Positions 49,842-60,744 of a stretch of 64,000 nt of DNA are shown here, in pieces. The DNA is from an uncultured Gemmatimonadales bacterium (GTDB lineage Bacteria; Gemmatimonadota; Gemmatimonadetes; Gemmatimonadales; GWC2-71-9). Location of the stretch: the NCBI GenBank assembly GCA_963828735.1, contig CAWHFW010000005.1, positions 960,001-1,024,000 on the forward strand. The letters are read 5' to 3'. A program made the translations under genes and the position numbers. Position 1 is the stretch's first letter; every line of letters starts with the position of its first letter. A model generated the notes under the pieces. It was not told the DNA's origin, searched no databases, and worked only from the letters and a program-made list of their open reading frames with translations.

Positions 49842-50714
49842 TCAACACGAAGGATCGCCGTACTTGAGCTTCAGCGGCTGCCCCAGCTTCTCAGTCAATG
49901 CCTCGAGATCGGGCCTCCCCTCGGGAACCTTCTCGTGCCCCACGCCGCCGGGCTCGATCACCGCCCGCGCGGTCTTGGAGATTCCGAGAAGGATCTTCAC
50001 TCGCCCGCGCATCACCTGCCACTGGTCGGGCGAAACGGCCATCAGGTTCCGCTTGAGGTCCGGCTTGCCCACCACCGCGAAGATCGCCGACAGGAAGCCG
50101 AGCGGCTTGACCGAGATGCCGTCGATCTCGTCGTACAGCACCATGTCCGGGTACTCCACCAGCTTGAAGTGGATCACCCGGCTGTTGTGCACCTCCACGT
50201 GCGGCGCCGAGAGGGTGTCCTGGTAGGTGAACGAGGACGGCGCGTCGCCGGAGTCCGGCCAGGCGATGGTCACGTCGAGCGCGAGCAGCGGCGCGGGCCC
50301 CTCCACGACCTGCCGGAGCACGCCCGGCCCGTAGTCCAGGCTCACGTTCTGGTGGTGCTCGAAGCCCGATCTCGCCGCCTCCGACATCCCCGCATAGGTG
50401 ACACCCGCGGTCTCCATGTGGGCCGTGAACCAGTCAGACTGATCGATGAACAGCCGGGTGACCCCCGGCGCCTCCTGCATGCGCCGGTGCACCAGCTTGA
50501 GCAGCGCCTCTGTCCCGAACCGCATGGACGTGGTCGTGGCCGTGAGGTTGTAGTCGCCGTGGGTGGCCATGGCGTGGAGCATCTCGTCGCGCGTCGCCCG
50601 GTAGGGCTGGGCGCAGGCGGTGGATGCGCTCGCCGGCCGACGGAGGGAAGTGCCCGGCGCCGTGAGCAACGGTACGAGGATCGCCAGCAGGGCGAGTCGG
50701 CGGCGGCCTCGCAT
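49842..50714 (-). CDS. Hypothetical secreted protein
   Basis: Signal peptide MRGRRRLALL; TGATG overlap with the kinase gene. Confidence 0.75.
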   Translation of the reverse strand: MRGRRRLALLAILVPLLTAPGTSLRRPASASTACAQPYRATRDEMLHAMATHGDYNLTATTTSMRFGTEALLKLVHRRMQEAPGVTRLFIDQSDWFTAHMETAGVTYAGMSEAARSGFEHHQNVSLDYGPGVLRQVVEGPAPLLALDVTIAWPDSGDAPSSFTYQDTLSAPHVEVHNSRVIHFKLVEYPDMVLYDEIDGISVKPLGFLSAIFAVVGKPDLKRNLMAVSPDQWQVMRGRVKILLGISKTARAVIEPGGVGHEKVPEGRPDLEALTEKLGQPLKLKYGDPSC

Positions 50715-52351
50715 CAGCGCGGCTCCGGAGCGCCGAGCGCGACCTCGACGCGCGTGGGCCACGAGGTCGGGAAATCGCTGGACGGAGGCGGCCGGGTGGA
50801 ACCCAGGTTGGCCTCCCACCACGCCCGCGCGTCGGCCTGCGTCCAGGGCGACACATCCGCCTCCGCCAGCCGCCGGGACAGCTCTCCGGCGTCGGGTGGC
50901 CGGTCGCCCGGTTCCTTGGCCAGGCACGCGAGGATCACGTCCTCGAGCCGCGGCGGAATCGGGCTGCCCGAGCGGATCGAGGGCGGAATCGGCTCGGCCT
51001 TGAGGTGCCGGGCGATCATCACGACGGCGCTCTCCGCCTCGAACACCCTCACCCCGGTGAGCAGGAAGTAGCCCACGCAGCCGAGCGCGTAGAGATCGAG
51101 CCGGCCGTCCAACGAATCGCCGGTGAGCATTTCCGGCGCCATGTAGGCCGGCGTGCCCGGGGTGAGGCCGGGCGCGCTCAGAAAGGTCTGGGTGTGGCCC
51201 GTGCTCTCGTCGTGCTTGACCAACCCGAAGTCCAGCACCTTGACGAAGTCGTGCTCGAGGCCGAGCCGGCACAGGTGGATGTTGGCGGGCTTGATGTCGC
51301 GATGGACCAGCCCGTGGACGTGCGCCTCCTCGAGCGAGTCACAGGCCTGCCGCAGCAGGTGCACCACCCGGCCGGGAGTCTGCGGGCCGTAGCGGCGCAC
51401 CAGGGTCTCGAGGTCGATCCCGTCGAGCAGCTCCATGACCAGGTAGAACCGTCCGTCGGCGGTCACGCCGAAGTCGTAGAGCTGGATCGTGTGGGGCGAC
51501 CGCAGGCTCGCCGCCGCCTCGGCCTCGCGCCGGAAGCGCTGCACGGCGAGCCGCGACATGCTCGCGCCGTCGTCCAGGGCGCCCTCCGGCCGGATTAGCT
51601 TGATGGCCGCCGGCCGCGCCAGCAGTCGATGATGCGCATGATACACCTCTCCCATGCCGCCCTGGCCGATCAGGTCGCCCAGCCGGTAGCTCCCCATCTC
51701 CCGTGCGCGACGAACCTGACGGCTCATCCTGGCGAGCACCTGAGACGGCACCACGGCGAGCACCGCGCACACGTAGTTGGCGAGGTAGGCCCACACCATC
51801 GCCCCCATCGGCGGAAGCGCCACGCCCCGAAGCCATGCGATGCCGAGGCCCACCGGGTCCATGCTCGCCGCCAGCAGCGAGCCGATCAGGATCTTTCTCG
51901 GGGGCCCCGGTACGATCGACGGATGCAGCAGGACCAGGGCACAGATCCAGGAGAGGCGCCCCCCGAGGATCTGGGTGGGCTGCCACTGGTTGATGACGCC
52001 GAGGGCAAACGCCAGCACCAGCTCGTAACCAAGGCTGAGGTCGACCAGCGTGCCCGGCTGCCTGCAGGAGGGTGCGAACTGGTACACCAGGAGGGAGACC
52101 AGGATGCAGGCCACCGCCAGCGCATCGGCGACCCGCGTCCAGGGCACTACCTGCGTCTCGCTCACGTGGAGTAAGGGGAGAATGAGGTGGTTGACGAGGA
52201 TCGCAGTGAGCCAGAGGGCAACCCACACGATACACGCCACCCGCAACCGGCGGACGCTGTCGTCCAGCAGATCGCCTGAAACCGGGCTGACGAGTGGTGT
52301 CGCCATCGCGCCCGAGGTCTGCAACTCGGGCTGGACCAGCGGAGTGGTCAT
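50714..52351 (-). CDS. Membrane-bound Ser/Thr protein kinase
   Basis: N-terminal TM helices; GQGGMG, AIK, HRDIKPAN, DFG, GTPAYMAPE. Confidence 0.93.
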   Translation of the reverse strand: MTTPLVQPELQTSGAMATPLVSPVSGDLLDDSVRRLRVACIVWVALWLTAILVNHLILPLLHVSETQVVPWTRVADALAVACILVSLLVYQFAPSCRQPGTLVDLSLGYELVLAFALGVINQWQPTQILGGRLSWICALVLLHPSIVPGPPRKILIGSLLAASMDPVGLGIAWLRGVALPPMGAMVWAYLANYVCAVLAVVPSQVLARMSRQVRRAREMGSYRLGDLIGQGGMGEVYHAHHRLLARPAAIKLIRPEGALDDGASMSRLAVQRFRREAEAAASLRSPHTIQLYDFGVTADGRFYLVMELLDGIDLETLVRRYGPQTPGRVVHLLRQACDSLEEAHVHGLVHRDIKPANIHLCRLGLEHDFVKVLDFGLVKHDESTGHTQTFLSAPGLTPGTPAYMAPEMLTGDSLDGRLDLYALGCVGYFLLTGVRVFEAESAVVMIARHLKAEPIPPSIRSGSPIPPRLEDVILACLAKEPGDRPPDAGELSRRLAEADVSPWTQADARAWWEANLGSTRPPPSSDFPTSWPTRVEVALGAPEPR

Positions 52352-52535
52352 GGCAAACGACCTGTTGGGGGGGCAAGACGAATCTGCCTCGCGGTCCACT
52401 CGTTGCCAAGCCCTGAGGTTGCGAGGTGAGTGCCCTATCCAGCCACGGACGTTGGAGACGAGATGTGAGTGTCTGAGCATGGCTGTGTCCTTCAGCGATC
52501 TAATTACCGGCCACTGAGACCCAGCCAGGCTTTAC

Positions 52536-53187
52536 TCACCGGTAGGTGACGCCGAGCAGGAGAGCAAGAAAGCCGGCTCCTCCCAGCGTATCGCCAGTCG
52601 GTCTCCCCGCCAGGTGAAAACGGGCGCCAGCAGAGAGGCCGAGTGGTCCCTCGCCGGGGTGAAACTCGACTCCAGTGCCCAGGTTGAGGCCTGGGGCCAC
52701 GAAATCCTCATTGTCCTGGCGTAACGCATATACCCCTAGCCCGGCAAGGCCGTAGGGACGGAGCGATCCGTTAGGCGACCTTAGTCGCAGCATGGCTGCG
52801 AGGTGCCAAGCCGACTGGTCATAGTCAAATGTGCCGAGACCCTTCACCACCTCGCTCGAGTTCCGGGTGATCGTAGGGCGGCCTACCCCTGCTGGAGCTC
52901 TCGTGGTGATCGTACCCGACTTCCGCGCCAAATCCGAGCTTCCCTCCGCCACCACGGAAGACACTGAGCGCCAGGGCGACTGAGCCGTGGCTAAAGTCAC
53001 TATTATCGACTCCGGTGGCGTAGCCGCCGGAGAGGGCACTGGACCACGAGCTCTGTGCCGGGACCGATTCAGAGAACGTTGCCGCTTGGTGCCCGGGGCC
53101 TGCGGCTGGTGTCGAAGCCTGCGCGCCAGCGCCTCCCGCTGTTGCTGCTAGAACCAGGATGAGCGTGGCCACGGAGCTGAAGCGCAT
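52536..53187 (-). CDS. Outer-membrane beta-barrel protein, frameshift near 52887
   Basis: Signal AGA/Q; GFGAEVGY, RPYGLAGLG, GLNLGTG, terminal LGVTYR. Confidence 0.65.
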
Positions 53188-53424
53188 GGGACTCTCCTCA
53201 ACCGATGGGGACCACTTCGGGGGCACATTGCGGGTGTTGTCGCTCGCCATCGCTTCCTGGTGGGGGCTCAAGTTCGACCGCCGGCGGCCCGGCGAACTCG
53301 TGCTCGTGAAGCCGCGCGTGGCCCGCGAGCCGAGGACACCCTAGGCGTCGCCGCCGCAATCGCCGGGCGTTTGACAACCACGGTTGTCACGCACTCACAC
53401 CGAGCTACGAGCGGTTACAGTTGT

Positions 53425-53793
53425 TCAATCGGGGTTGTAGCCGTTGATGTAGACGAGAGCGGCGATTCCCGCCATCCCAATCACTGCGCCGGACACCAGC
53501 AAAACGGTATTCGTGGTCTTGGGCTGCTTGGTAGCGACCTCTTTTACATCTGTCAGGGCAAAGATGGCTGGCGCATCGCCCTGGCGGCCACTCACGCTGT
53601 CGCCTGTCACCGTTGGATGGGTCAAGTAGACGTGCCCCTGCTGCTCGGTCGTGAGCCGAACGGTCTTCGTGGCGTGTGGGGGATCGGCGAGGGTTTGCGC
53701 TGGCGTGGCCGACTGCACCTGCCAGCCGGTGCACGCCCCAACGTATGCCACGAGAACGAGCAGCGACGCTGCGCGGAAGGCGGGATGACGCAT
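53425..53793 (-). CDS. Small lipoprotein, CTxW paralog 3
   Basis: VGAC-TGW; GDSVSG; C-terminal TM helix; GGAGG RBS. Confidence 0.75.
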   Translation of the reverse strand: MRHPAFRAASLLVLVAYVGACTGWQVQSATPAQTLADPPHATKTVRLTTEQQGHVYLTHPTVTGDSVSGRQGDAPAIFALTDVKEVATKQPKTTNTVLLVSGAVIGMAGIAALVYINGYNPD

Positions 53794-53844
53794 GGCTCCT
53801 CCAATCGAGGGTAACACGAAGCAGGGAGCGGGCGCTCCGCCGTG

Positions 53845-54537
53845 TTAGCGAGTCCGCTCCACAATGAGCTGCCCGCTCCTGGCGCGAACGACTTGCGCAA
53901 AGTCTGATTCATTGGGCGTGAGGTTCTCACCCTCGACGACCACCGTGCCCGTCGCCGCCGCCTCGCGGAAAGCACCCTTGAACCAGGTGGTCTCCATCTG
54001 ACCGGGCACCCTGAACCGTTCGCGCTGCGACGTGGAAAAGAGCTCACCCGACCCTGTCCAGGTGAGCTCCACCTCTACTAGCACCTCCGCGTTGCGGATG
54101 AAGTCGACCGTCGGGATCATTGCCCGCACGCGAGCCTCGTTGAGGCTGTTGTCGGCATCGAAGGCCGCATCGTCGGTCTGGCCGAAGGCGCTCCGCAAGG
54201 TCTCGAACGTGCAATAGTTGAACTGGAACAACGAGACCTCGGCCAGCGGTCCGTCGACCGGCTTGCCGGGGCCCTGTTTCACTGCCTGCTCGGCACTGAA
54301 GACGTGCACGTCGGTCTCCACGCACCCCGACGGATCGATGGCGAAGAAGCCGGCTTCCGCGCTCATCCCCCTGTACTGGACGCGGCTCCGCGTCGGGGAG
54401 GCGGTCCTCGCCAGTACAGGGCGAGCGGCCTCCAACGGGGCCACGGCGCTCGGCGCGCCAGGAGGGGCGGTGTCATCGCTGCAGCCGAGCGTACCCAATA
54501 GCAGCGCGCTCGCGGTGGAGAGTGATCGTGCGTACAT
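53845..54537 (-). CDS. Hypothetical lipoprotein
   Basis: TLGC lipobox; GGAG RBS. Confidence 0.7.
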   Translation of the reverse strand: MYARSLSTASALLLGTLGCSDDTAPPGAPSAVAPLEAARPVLARTASPTRSRVQYRGMSAEAGFFAIDPSGCVETDVHVFSAEQAVKQGPGKPVDGPLAEVSLFQFNYCTFETLRSAFGQTDDAAFDADNSLNEARVRAMIPTVDFIRNAEVLVEVELTWTGSGELFSTSQRERFRVPGQMETTWFKGAFREAAATGTVVVEGENLTPNESDFAQVVRARSGQLIVERTR

Positions 54538-54974
54538 AGAGCACTCCGTTCGGTGGACTACGAGTGGTGACGGTGTAAGGAGGGTGCGTCCGCCGCCGAC
54601 TGGACCGTCCAGCCCCTGCACGTGCTCAGCCTGCCCACAGCGAGCACGAGCACTATCGTCTCAGACTTGATCATGGGGTAGCTCCCGTCCGTCTCGGAGA
54701 AAGGATCGGGATCCCACCCGGGCATATGGATCATCGGAGCCAGGCGTTACCTAGCCGTCCCCTGGCCATTGCGCTGGCGAGACGCCACTGCGCGGGCAGG
54801 CACGCCCGGAAGCTCGGCCACCAGTGTCGCCGCGGTTGGGCAATCGGCCGACAGCCCACGGCGCTGGTACGTCTCCCAATGCCTCGCGCCGCGCTCCCTG
54901 CTGCTCCTAGCGCTCGGCCGCTAGAGCGAGGCGCCAAGCCTTGCCAAACCGACCTCCATAGGCAGATTGCCCGG

Positions 54975-57503
54975 ATGTTCCCCGAAGAACCGACGGCGAT
55001 ATCCGGCGCCCCGGCCCAGCCGGCCTCGCCGTCCGCGCCCGCGCGCTCCCCGCACCCCGACCGCATCGGTCCCTACCGCATCGTCCGCGTCCTCGGCCAA
55101 GGCGGCATGGGCACCGTCTACGAGGCCGAGCAGCTCGAGCCCCTCCGCCGCACCGTCGCCCTCAAGGTGATCCGCCGCGGGATGGACACCGTGGAGGTGC
55201 TCGCGCGGTTCGAGAGCGAGCGGCAGGCGCTCGCGGTGATGGACCATCCCAACATCGCCCGCGCGCTCGAGGCCGGCACCACCGACGAGAGGCTGCCCTA
55301 CTTCGTCATGGAGCTCGTCGCCGGCGAGCCGATCACCGACTACTGCGACCGGCACGGCCTCGATCTCCGCCGGCGGCTCCAGCTCTTCCTCGGCGTCTGC
55401 CGGGGCGTGCAGCACGCGCACCAGAAGGGCGTGATCCACCGGGATCTCAAGCCGAGCAACATCCTGGTCCGGGTGGTCGACGGGCAGCCGGTGCCGACCA
55501 TCATCGACTTCGGCATCGCGAAGGCGGTCGAGCGGACGGCCGACGACGCGGCCTTCACCACCGAGCTGGGCGTGATGGTCGGGACGCCGGCCTACATGAG
55601 CCCGGAGCAGGCGGCGGCGAGCGGCCTCGACATCGACACCCGGGCCGACATCTATAGCCTCGGCATGGTGCTCTACGAGCTGATGACCGGGGTGCTGCCG
55701 TTCGACCACCGCGGCCTCCTGCCCGCGCCGTTCATCGCGCAGTATGTCCTCGGGGCCGCCGACACGCCCACGCCGAGCAACCGGGTCGCGGGCCTCGCGG
55801 CCGACCGGGCGACTCCCGTCGCGGAGCAGCGGGGCACCACGCCCGTCGGCCTCCGCCGGGAGCTTCGGGGCGACCTCGACTGGATCGTGGTGAAAGCGAT
55901 CGAGCGGGACCGGGCCCGCCGCTACGAGACCGCGAACGCCCTGGCGCTCGACCTGGAGCGCCACCTCGAGCACAAGCCGGTCACCGCGCGGCCGCCGACG
56001 CTCGGCTATACCACCGCCAAGTTCGTCCGCCGCCACCGGCTCAGCGTGTCAGTGCTGGCGACGGCTGCTGTCGCTCTCGTGGTGGGCGTCACCGGCATCA
56101 TGCGGGAGCGGGACCGGTCCGCGCAGGAGGCGGCCAAGGCGCGGGGGATCAGCAACTTCCTCGTGGACCTGCTCAAGTCCGCCGACCCATGGCAGGGCGG
56201 CGCGCGTCAGACGACGGTGGTGGACGCGCTCGCGGAAGGGGTCAAGCAGGTGAATGCCGGCAGGATCGCCGATCCGGTCGTCGCGGCCTCGGTCCGGCGC
56301 ACGATCGCGACCGCCTACCAGGGCCTCGGCCGGCTCGCCGAGGCCGAGACGCTCTACCGGGAGACCCTGCGGGAGCGCCTCGCCCGGGCCGGCCCCGCGA
56401 GCGAGGAGACCGCCGAGAGCTGGAACGACCTGGGGATCATGCTCACCTCCCAGGGGAAGCTCGACTCGGCCGAAGTCGCCCTCGGGCGGGCGCTGGAGAT
56501 CCGCCGCGGGCACGGAGGGGCGGACACCGTCATGGCCGGGACCCTGCTCGATCTCTCCGACCTGGCCAACACGAAGGGCGAGGCCGCCCGGGGCGACTCG
56601 CTCGCTCACGAGGCGCTCGCGATCATCCGGCGGGTCGCCGGGGAGCGCGACCTCGCCGTGGCGACGGCCATGGCCCGGGTCCAGTCCACCCAGCTCGGCG
56701 CCGGCGAGCTGGCGAAGGCCGAGTCCACCGGCCGTGCGGCGGCCGCGATGCTGCGCGAGCTCGGCCTCGAACGGCACCCGCAGATGGTGCCGATCCTCAG
56801 CGATCTCAGCATCACCCTGGCCAACCGAGGCGAGCTGACCGAGGCCCTCGCGGTGGCGCACCAGACGGTGGCGCTCGACTCCGCCCTGTTCGGCACCGCG
56901 CACCCCTACCTCGCCACCCATCTCGAGAACCTGGGCTACGTCTACGACCATGCCGGCTTCGGGGACAGCGCGAAGATGATGGTCGAGCAGGTTCTCGCGA
57001 TGCGGCGGGCGCTGCTCCGGGACGACAACCCCGCCATCGGCCGGACCCTCTTCAACCTCGCGTCGCTGGAGCACGACATGGGGTCGTACGCCGCGGCCGA
57101 GCCGCTGTACGAGGAGGCGCTGCTCCGGATGCGGCGGGCCTACGGGCCGGAGCACCCCGACGTGGTCTTCGCGACCGGGTGGCTGGGACGGAACCAGTTC
57201 TACGTCGGCCGCAGGGCCGACTCGGAGCGAAATATTCGGTGGGTCCTGACGGTGACCGATCCGCACGGCGCGGCCTCGCCGATGGATACGGTGCGCTTCG
57301 GCCGGTTTTTGGTGACGATGCTGGTGGACCAGCAGCGGTGGAAGGAGGCCGAGCCGCTCGCGCTCAGGGTCTTCGCGATCCAGGACAGCCTGAAGGACAC
57401 GCTGGCCCGGGTGACGGCGGGCCATCTCGCGACGATCTACGGCGCGACCGGCCAGTCCGAGCAGGCGGCCCGGTACCGCGGGCTGGCGGATGCGCCGCCC
57501 TGA
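54975..57503 (+). CDS. Ser/Thr protein kinase with TM helix and TPR repeats
   Basis: GQGGMG, VALK, HRDLKPSN, DFG, YMSPE; G..HP TPR repeats. Confidence 0.93.
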   Translation: MFPEEPTAISGAPAQPASPSAPARSPHPDRIGPYRIVRVLGQGGMGTVYEAEQLEPLRRTVALKVIRRGMDTVEVLARFESERQALAVMDHPNIARALEAGTTDERLPYFVMELVAGEPITDYCDRHGLDLRRRLQLFLGVCRGVQHAHQKGVIHRDLKPSNILVRVVDGQPVPTIIDFGIAKAVERTADDAAFTTELGVMVGTPAYMSPEQAAASGLDIDTRADIYSLGMVLYELMTGVLPFDHRGLLPAPFIAQYVLGAADTPTPSNRVAGLAADRATPVAEQRGTTPVGLRRELRGDLDWIVVKAIERDRARRYETANALALDLERHLEHKPVTARPPTLGYTTAKFVRRHRLSVSVLATAAVALVVGVTGIMRERDRSAQEAAKARGISNFLVDLLKSADPWQGGARQTTVVDALAEGVKQVNAGRIADPVVAASVRRTIATAYQGLGRLAEAETLYRETLRERLARAGPASEETAESWNDLGIMLTSQGKLDSAEVALGRALEIRRGHGGADTVMAGTLLDLSDLANTKGEAARGDSLAHEALAIIRRVAGERDLAVATAMARVQSTQLGAGELAKAESTGRAAAAMLRELGLERHPQMVPILSDLSITLANRGELTEALAVAHQTVALDSALFGTAHPYLATHLENLGYVYDHAGFGDSAKMMVEQVLAMRRALLRDDNPAIGRTLFNLASLEHDMGSYAAAEPLYEEALLRMRRAYGPEHPDVVFATGWLGRNQFYVGRRADSERNIRWVLTVTDPHGAASPMDTVRFGRFLVTMLVDQQRWKEAEPLALRVFAIQDSLKDTLARVTAGHLATIYGATGQSEQAARYRGLADAPP

Positions 57504-57510
57504 CCCGGGA

Positions 57511-58677
57511 ATGCCATCAGACCAGGTGAGCCTCGCACACGTCGCGACGCCCGCGCTGATCCTCGACATCGAGCGCGTCGAGCGCAATTGCGAGCGAATG
57601 ATCCGCCGCGCTGCCCAGCTCGGCGTCCAGCTCCGGCCCCACATGAAGACCGCCAAGTCCGCCGACGTCGCGCGGCTGGCCACCCGTGAGCGTTCGGTCG
57701 GCATCACCGTGTCCACGGTGGCCGAGATCGAGTACTTCGCCCGCGAAGGCTTCGGCGACATCACGTACGCCGTCGGGATCGCCGCCCACAAGCTCCCTGC
57801 CCTCGCCCGCCTCCAGCGGGAGCATGGCACCCGCATCAGGCTGGTCGCCGACAGCGTGGCATCCGTGACCGAGGTCGCCCGACAGGCGGCTGCGCTCGGT
57901 GAGCGGTTCTCGCTTTTCATCGAGATCGACTGTGGCGGGAAACGCGGCGGCGTTCTCGCCGATGGGCCGGAGCTGCTGCCCATCGCGCAGGTGGTGCAGG
58001 CCTCGCCGATGCTTTCGCTCTCGGGTGTGCTCACCCACGCCGGCCAGAGCTATGATGCGACGAGCGTCGGCGAGGTGCGGGAGATTGCCGAACAGGAGCG
58101 CGCCGCCGTCGTTCAGGCCGCCGATCGACTGCGGGCCGCGGGCATCGAGGTCCCGGATGTGAGCGTAGGCTCCTCGCCCACAGCCATGCACGCGAGCTCG
58201 CTGGCCGGCGTGACCGACATGCGCCCCGGTGTCTACACCCTCTTCGATCTCGCGCAGACCTCGCTCGGCAGTTGTACGGTCGACGACATCGCGGTGTCGG
58301 TCCTGACGACCGTCATCGGTCATAACCCGCGCTCGCGGCGGATGCTGATCGATGCCGGCGCGCTGGCCCTTTCCAAGGACGTGAGCGCCAACCGGCAGGG
58401 CAAGCACATCGGCTTCGGCCTGGTCTGTCCGATGAACGGCGGCCCGCCGCTCGCCGACATGCACGTGGCGGAGGTGAACCAGGAACACGGTCTCATCGGT
58501 GCGGCGGAGTCCTATGAGGTCATGGTCGAGCGTTTTCCGGTGGGAACGCGCCTGAGGGTCGTGCCGAACCACGCCTGCCTCACCGCGGCTCCCTACGACC
58601 GCTACCACCTCGTTCGAGGAGGCAGCACGGAGGTCGTCAGCGTCTGGACCAAGTGCACCGGCTGGGCGTCGTCATGA
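57511..58677 (+). CDS. DSD1-like PLP enzyme (D-serine dehydratase / D-threonine aldolase family)
   Basis: TPAL, RPHMKT, HAGQSY, RPG.Y, QEHG, PNHAC. Confidence 0.9.
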   Translation: MPSDQVSLAHVATPALILDIERVERNCERMIRRAAQLGVQLRPHMKTAKSADVARLATRERSVGITVSTVAEIEYFAREGFGDITYAVGIAAHKLPALARLQREHGTRIRLVADSVASVTEVARQAAALGERFSLFIEIDCGGKRGGVLADGPELLPIAQVVQASPMLSLSGVLTHAGQSYDATSVGEVREIAEQERAAVVQAADRLRAAGIEVPDVSVGSSPTAMHASSLAGVTDMRPGVYTLFDLAQTSLGSCTVDDIAVSVLTTVIGHNPRSRRMLIDAGALALSKDVSANRQGKHIGFGLVCPMNGGPPLADMHVAEVNQEHGLIGAAESYEVMVERFPVGTRLRVVPNHACLTAAPYDRYHLVRGGSTEVVSVWTKCTGWASS

Positions 58678-58704
58678 GCTCCGCTGAAGGGAGACGCCGA
58701 CTCT

Positions 58705-59448
58705 TTATCCGATGGGCAAGCGCCGCCCTCGATGGACCGTGACGGCGGAGCCTTCAGCCAGAAAAGCCGACCGGGGCCTGGGCCCCAGACATTCCGCAAA
58801 GCCTGCCCCATACACCGCCGCCACATCGCAGTCGAGCTCCGCCGCCTCCGCATCCCAGACCCGCCACGCCGGGTGCTCCACCCGGTACTCCTTCGACCCG
58901 CCGTCGCGCTGGACCGTGTAGCCCCAGTAATGCTCGGCGGTGAACGCGGCTTCCGAGCCGGGATCCGGCAGCGCCGGCCGGCCCCGCGTTCTCGCCTCGA
59001 GGCGATGCCAGCCGCCCGCGACGCGCCAGGCGTAGGCCGCCCGGCCCGGCTGCCCGTCCTCGGCGCCGGCCATGTGGAGCTCGTGGCGCATGGGCACGGC
59101 CGCATACGGCTCGTTGTAGCACCAGCGTGCCACGAGGGCGATCGCCCGCCGGGGCACTAGCTCGCGCACGAAGACGACCGCGCGCCGCCACTGGTTGTCC
59201 TCGCCGCGCCGGCGGACATAGAAGCGGAGGTTCACCTCATCGAAGTCCCGGTGGCCGGGAATCGGGATCCCGAGCACCCGCGTGTCCAGGAACCGGAAGC
59301 CGACCACGCTGGCCAGCGTCGCACCGTTCCAGGTGTCGAGCTCCGTGCCAGCCGGGACGAGGGGCGCGAGCAGCGCGGACGGGACCTCGTAGTTGAGCAT
59401 GACGAGGTACCGCCACTCGGCGGTCAGAAACGGATGCGACTCCCCCAT
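58705..59448 (-). CDS. DUF2071/YqjF family protein
   Basis: FLTAEWR.L, EVNLRFYV, EHYWGY, VEHP.W. Confidence 0.88.
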   Translation of the reverse strand: MGESHPFLTAEWRYLVMLNYEVPSALLAPLVPAGTELDTWNGATLASVVGFRFLDTRVLGIPIPGHRDFDEVNLRFYVRRRGEDNQWRRAVVFVRELVPRRAIALVARWCYNEPYAAVPMRHELHMAGAEDGQPGRAAYAWRVAGGWHRLEARTRGRPALPDPGSEAAFTAEHYWGYTVQRDGGSKEYRVEHPAWRVWDAEAAELDCDVAAVYGAGFAECLGPRPRSAFLAEGSAVTVHRGRRLPIG

Positions 59449-59668
59449 GTCAGGCAATCAGAGCCTCGCCCCTGCCTCCTTCAGCAACGCGACGACCTCG
59501 TCCTTCCTCGCCAGCGCGTCCCCTTCATGGAATGCGACTGCCAGGTGCATGCCCTTCGGTGGCTCGGCCTGGTCCAACCTTGACGGACGTAACGACAGTA
59601 CACGATATAGTCACGGCGCGCCGTTCGCGCTCAGGACCAGATTCGACCCCGGTACCCTGGAGGAAACA

Positions 59669-60241
59669 ATGACGACCGCAACTGCCGGACGGGTCGCGGT
59701 ACCCACCTGGCAACTCGACCCCGCGCACTCGAGCATCGAGTTCGCGGTGAAGCACATGATGATGACCACCGTGCGCGGCCGCTTCAAGGACGTGCAGGCG
59801 ACGCTGACGGGAGACCGCGATCACCCGGAGCAGGCGGGGGTCGACGTGATCATCACCGTCGCGAGCATCGATACCGGCGTCGGCGACCGGGACGCGCACC
59901 TGCGTGGCCCCGATTTCTTCCACGCCGAGCACTTCCCTCAGATCACCTTCCACAGCACGCGTATCGACGGGAACCCGCCGAAGCAGGAAGGCGACCGTTT
60001 CGCGCTGGTCGGCGACCTGGTGATCCACGGCATCTCGATGGAGGTGGTGCTCGACTGTGAGTACGAGGGTCGGGGGACCGACCCCTGGGGGAAGACGCGC
60101 GCGGGGTTCAGCTTCAAGACCGAGCTCGACCGCCGGGAGTGGGGGCTCAAGTGGAACCAGACGATCGAGACCGGCGGCGTGCTGGTCGCGAACAAGGTCC
60201 GCGTCGAAGGTGAGGTGCAGTTCGTCAGACAGGAGGAATGA
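59669..60241 (+). CDS. YceI family protein
   Basis: W.LDPAHS, RDAHL..PDFF, DPWG..RAGF; GGAGG RBS. Confidence 0.93.
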   Translation: MTTATAGRVAVPTWQLDPAHSSIEFAVKHMMMTTVRGRFKDVQATLTGDRDHPEQAGVDVIITVASIDTGVGDRDAHLRGPDFFHAEHFPQITFHSTRIDGNPPKQEGDRFALVGDLVIHGISMEVVLDCEYEGRGTDPWGKTRAGFSFKTELDRREWGLKWNQTIETGGVLVANKVRVEGEVQFVRQEE

Positions 60242-60352
60242 AGCCGAGTCGGCGGCCGATGTGCCGACCCGCCTCCGGCGTGAGGCCGGGGGCGGCGGGC
60301 GTGTAATGGGGGATGCAATCGTTCCTCGAGGGCTACCGATCGCTGTGGAGCG

Positions 60353-60695
60353 ATGCGTTGCGTGGTGATTTGCTATGTGGTTGCGGGGTTCGCCGGGGCG
60401 TGCCTAGCTGGCGGGGCGACCTTCCTGCCCGCGTATCTCTTCACCGTGATCCCCGCGCCCTACTTCCACCGCTATGGGAAGCGACCCTGGCTCGCATCGA
60501 CGGTCGCCGGCATCACGGCAGGAGCAACCGGAGCGATCGCCGAGGCCGTGATCGTTCTGGCACGGCAGTCCCTGGTCGACGTCACGACGGTTCTCATCCG
60601 CCGCTGCCTTCGGGCTCACCTGGCTGAAATGGAAGGTCCCTGAGCCGTTCATCGTGGTCGCCGCCGCGTTGATCGGCCTGGCGGCCCGCGGCTGA
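60353..60695 (+). pseudogene. chrA: Chromate transporter C-terminal fragment
   Basis: ATFLPAYLF.VIPAP, GITA.A.GAI, K.KVPEP; no N-terminal half; frameshift near 60598. Confidence 0.7.
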
Positions 60696-60744
60696 TCGGG
60701 CTACGCTGGGCTTGTTGACGCCGCGATGCTTGCCCCTCACACCC

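Noticed and set aside
53820..53851. attC after the minus-strand lipoprotein gene (CGCTAAC at its stop)
   Set aside because: The inverse core does not fit RYYYAAC and no matching core with an adequate stem follows.
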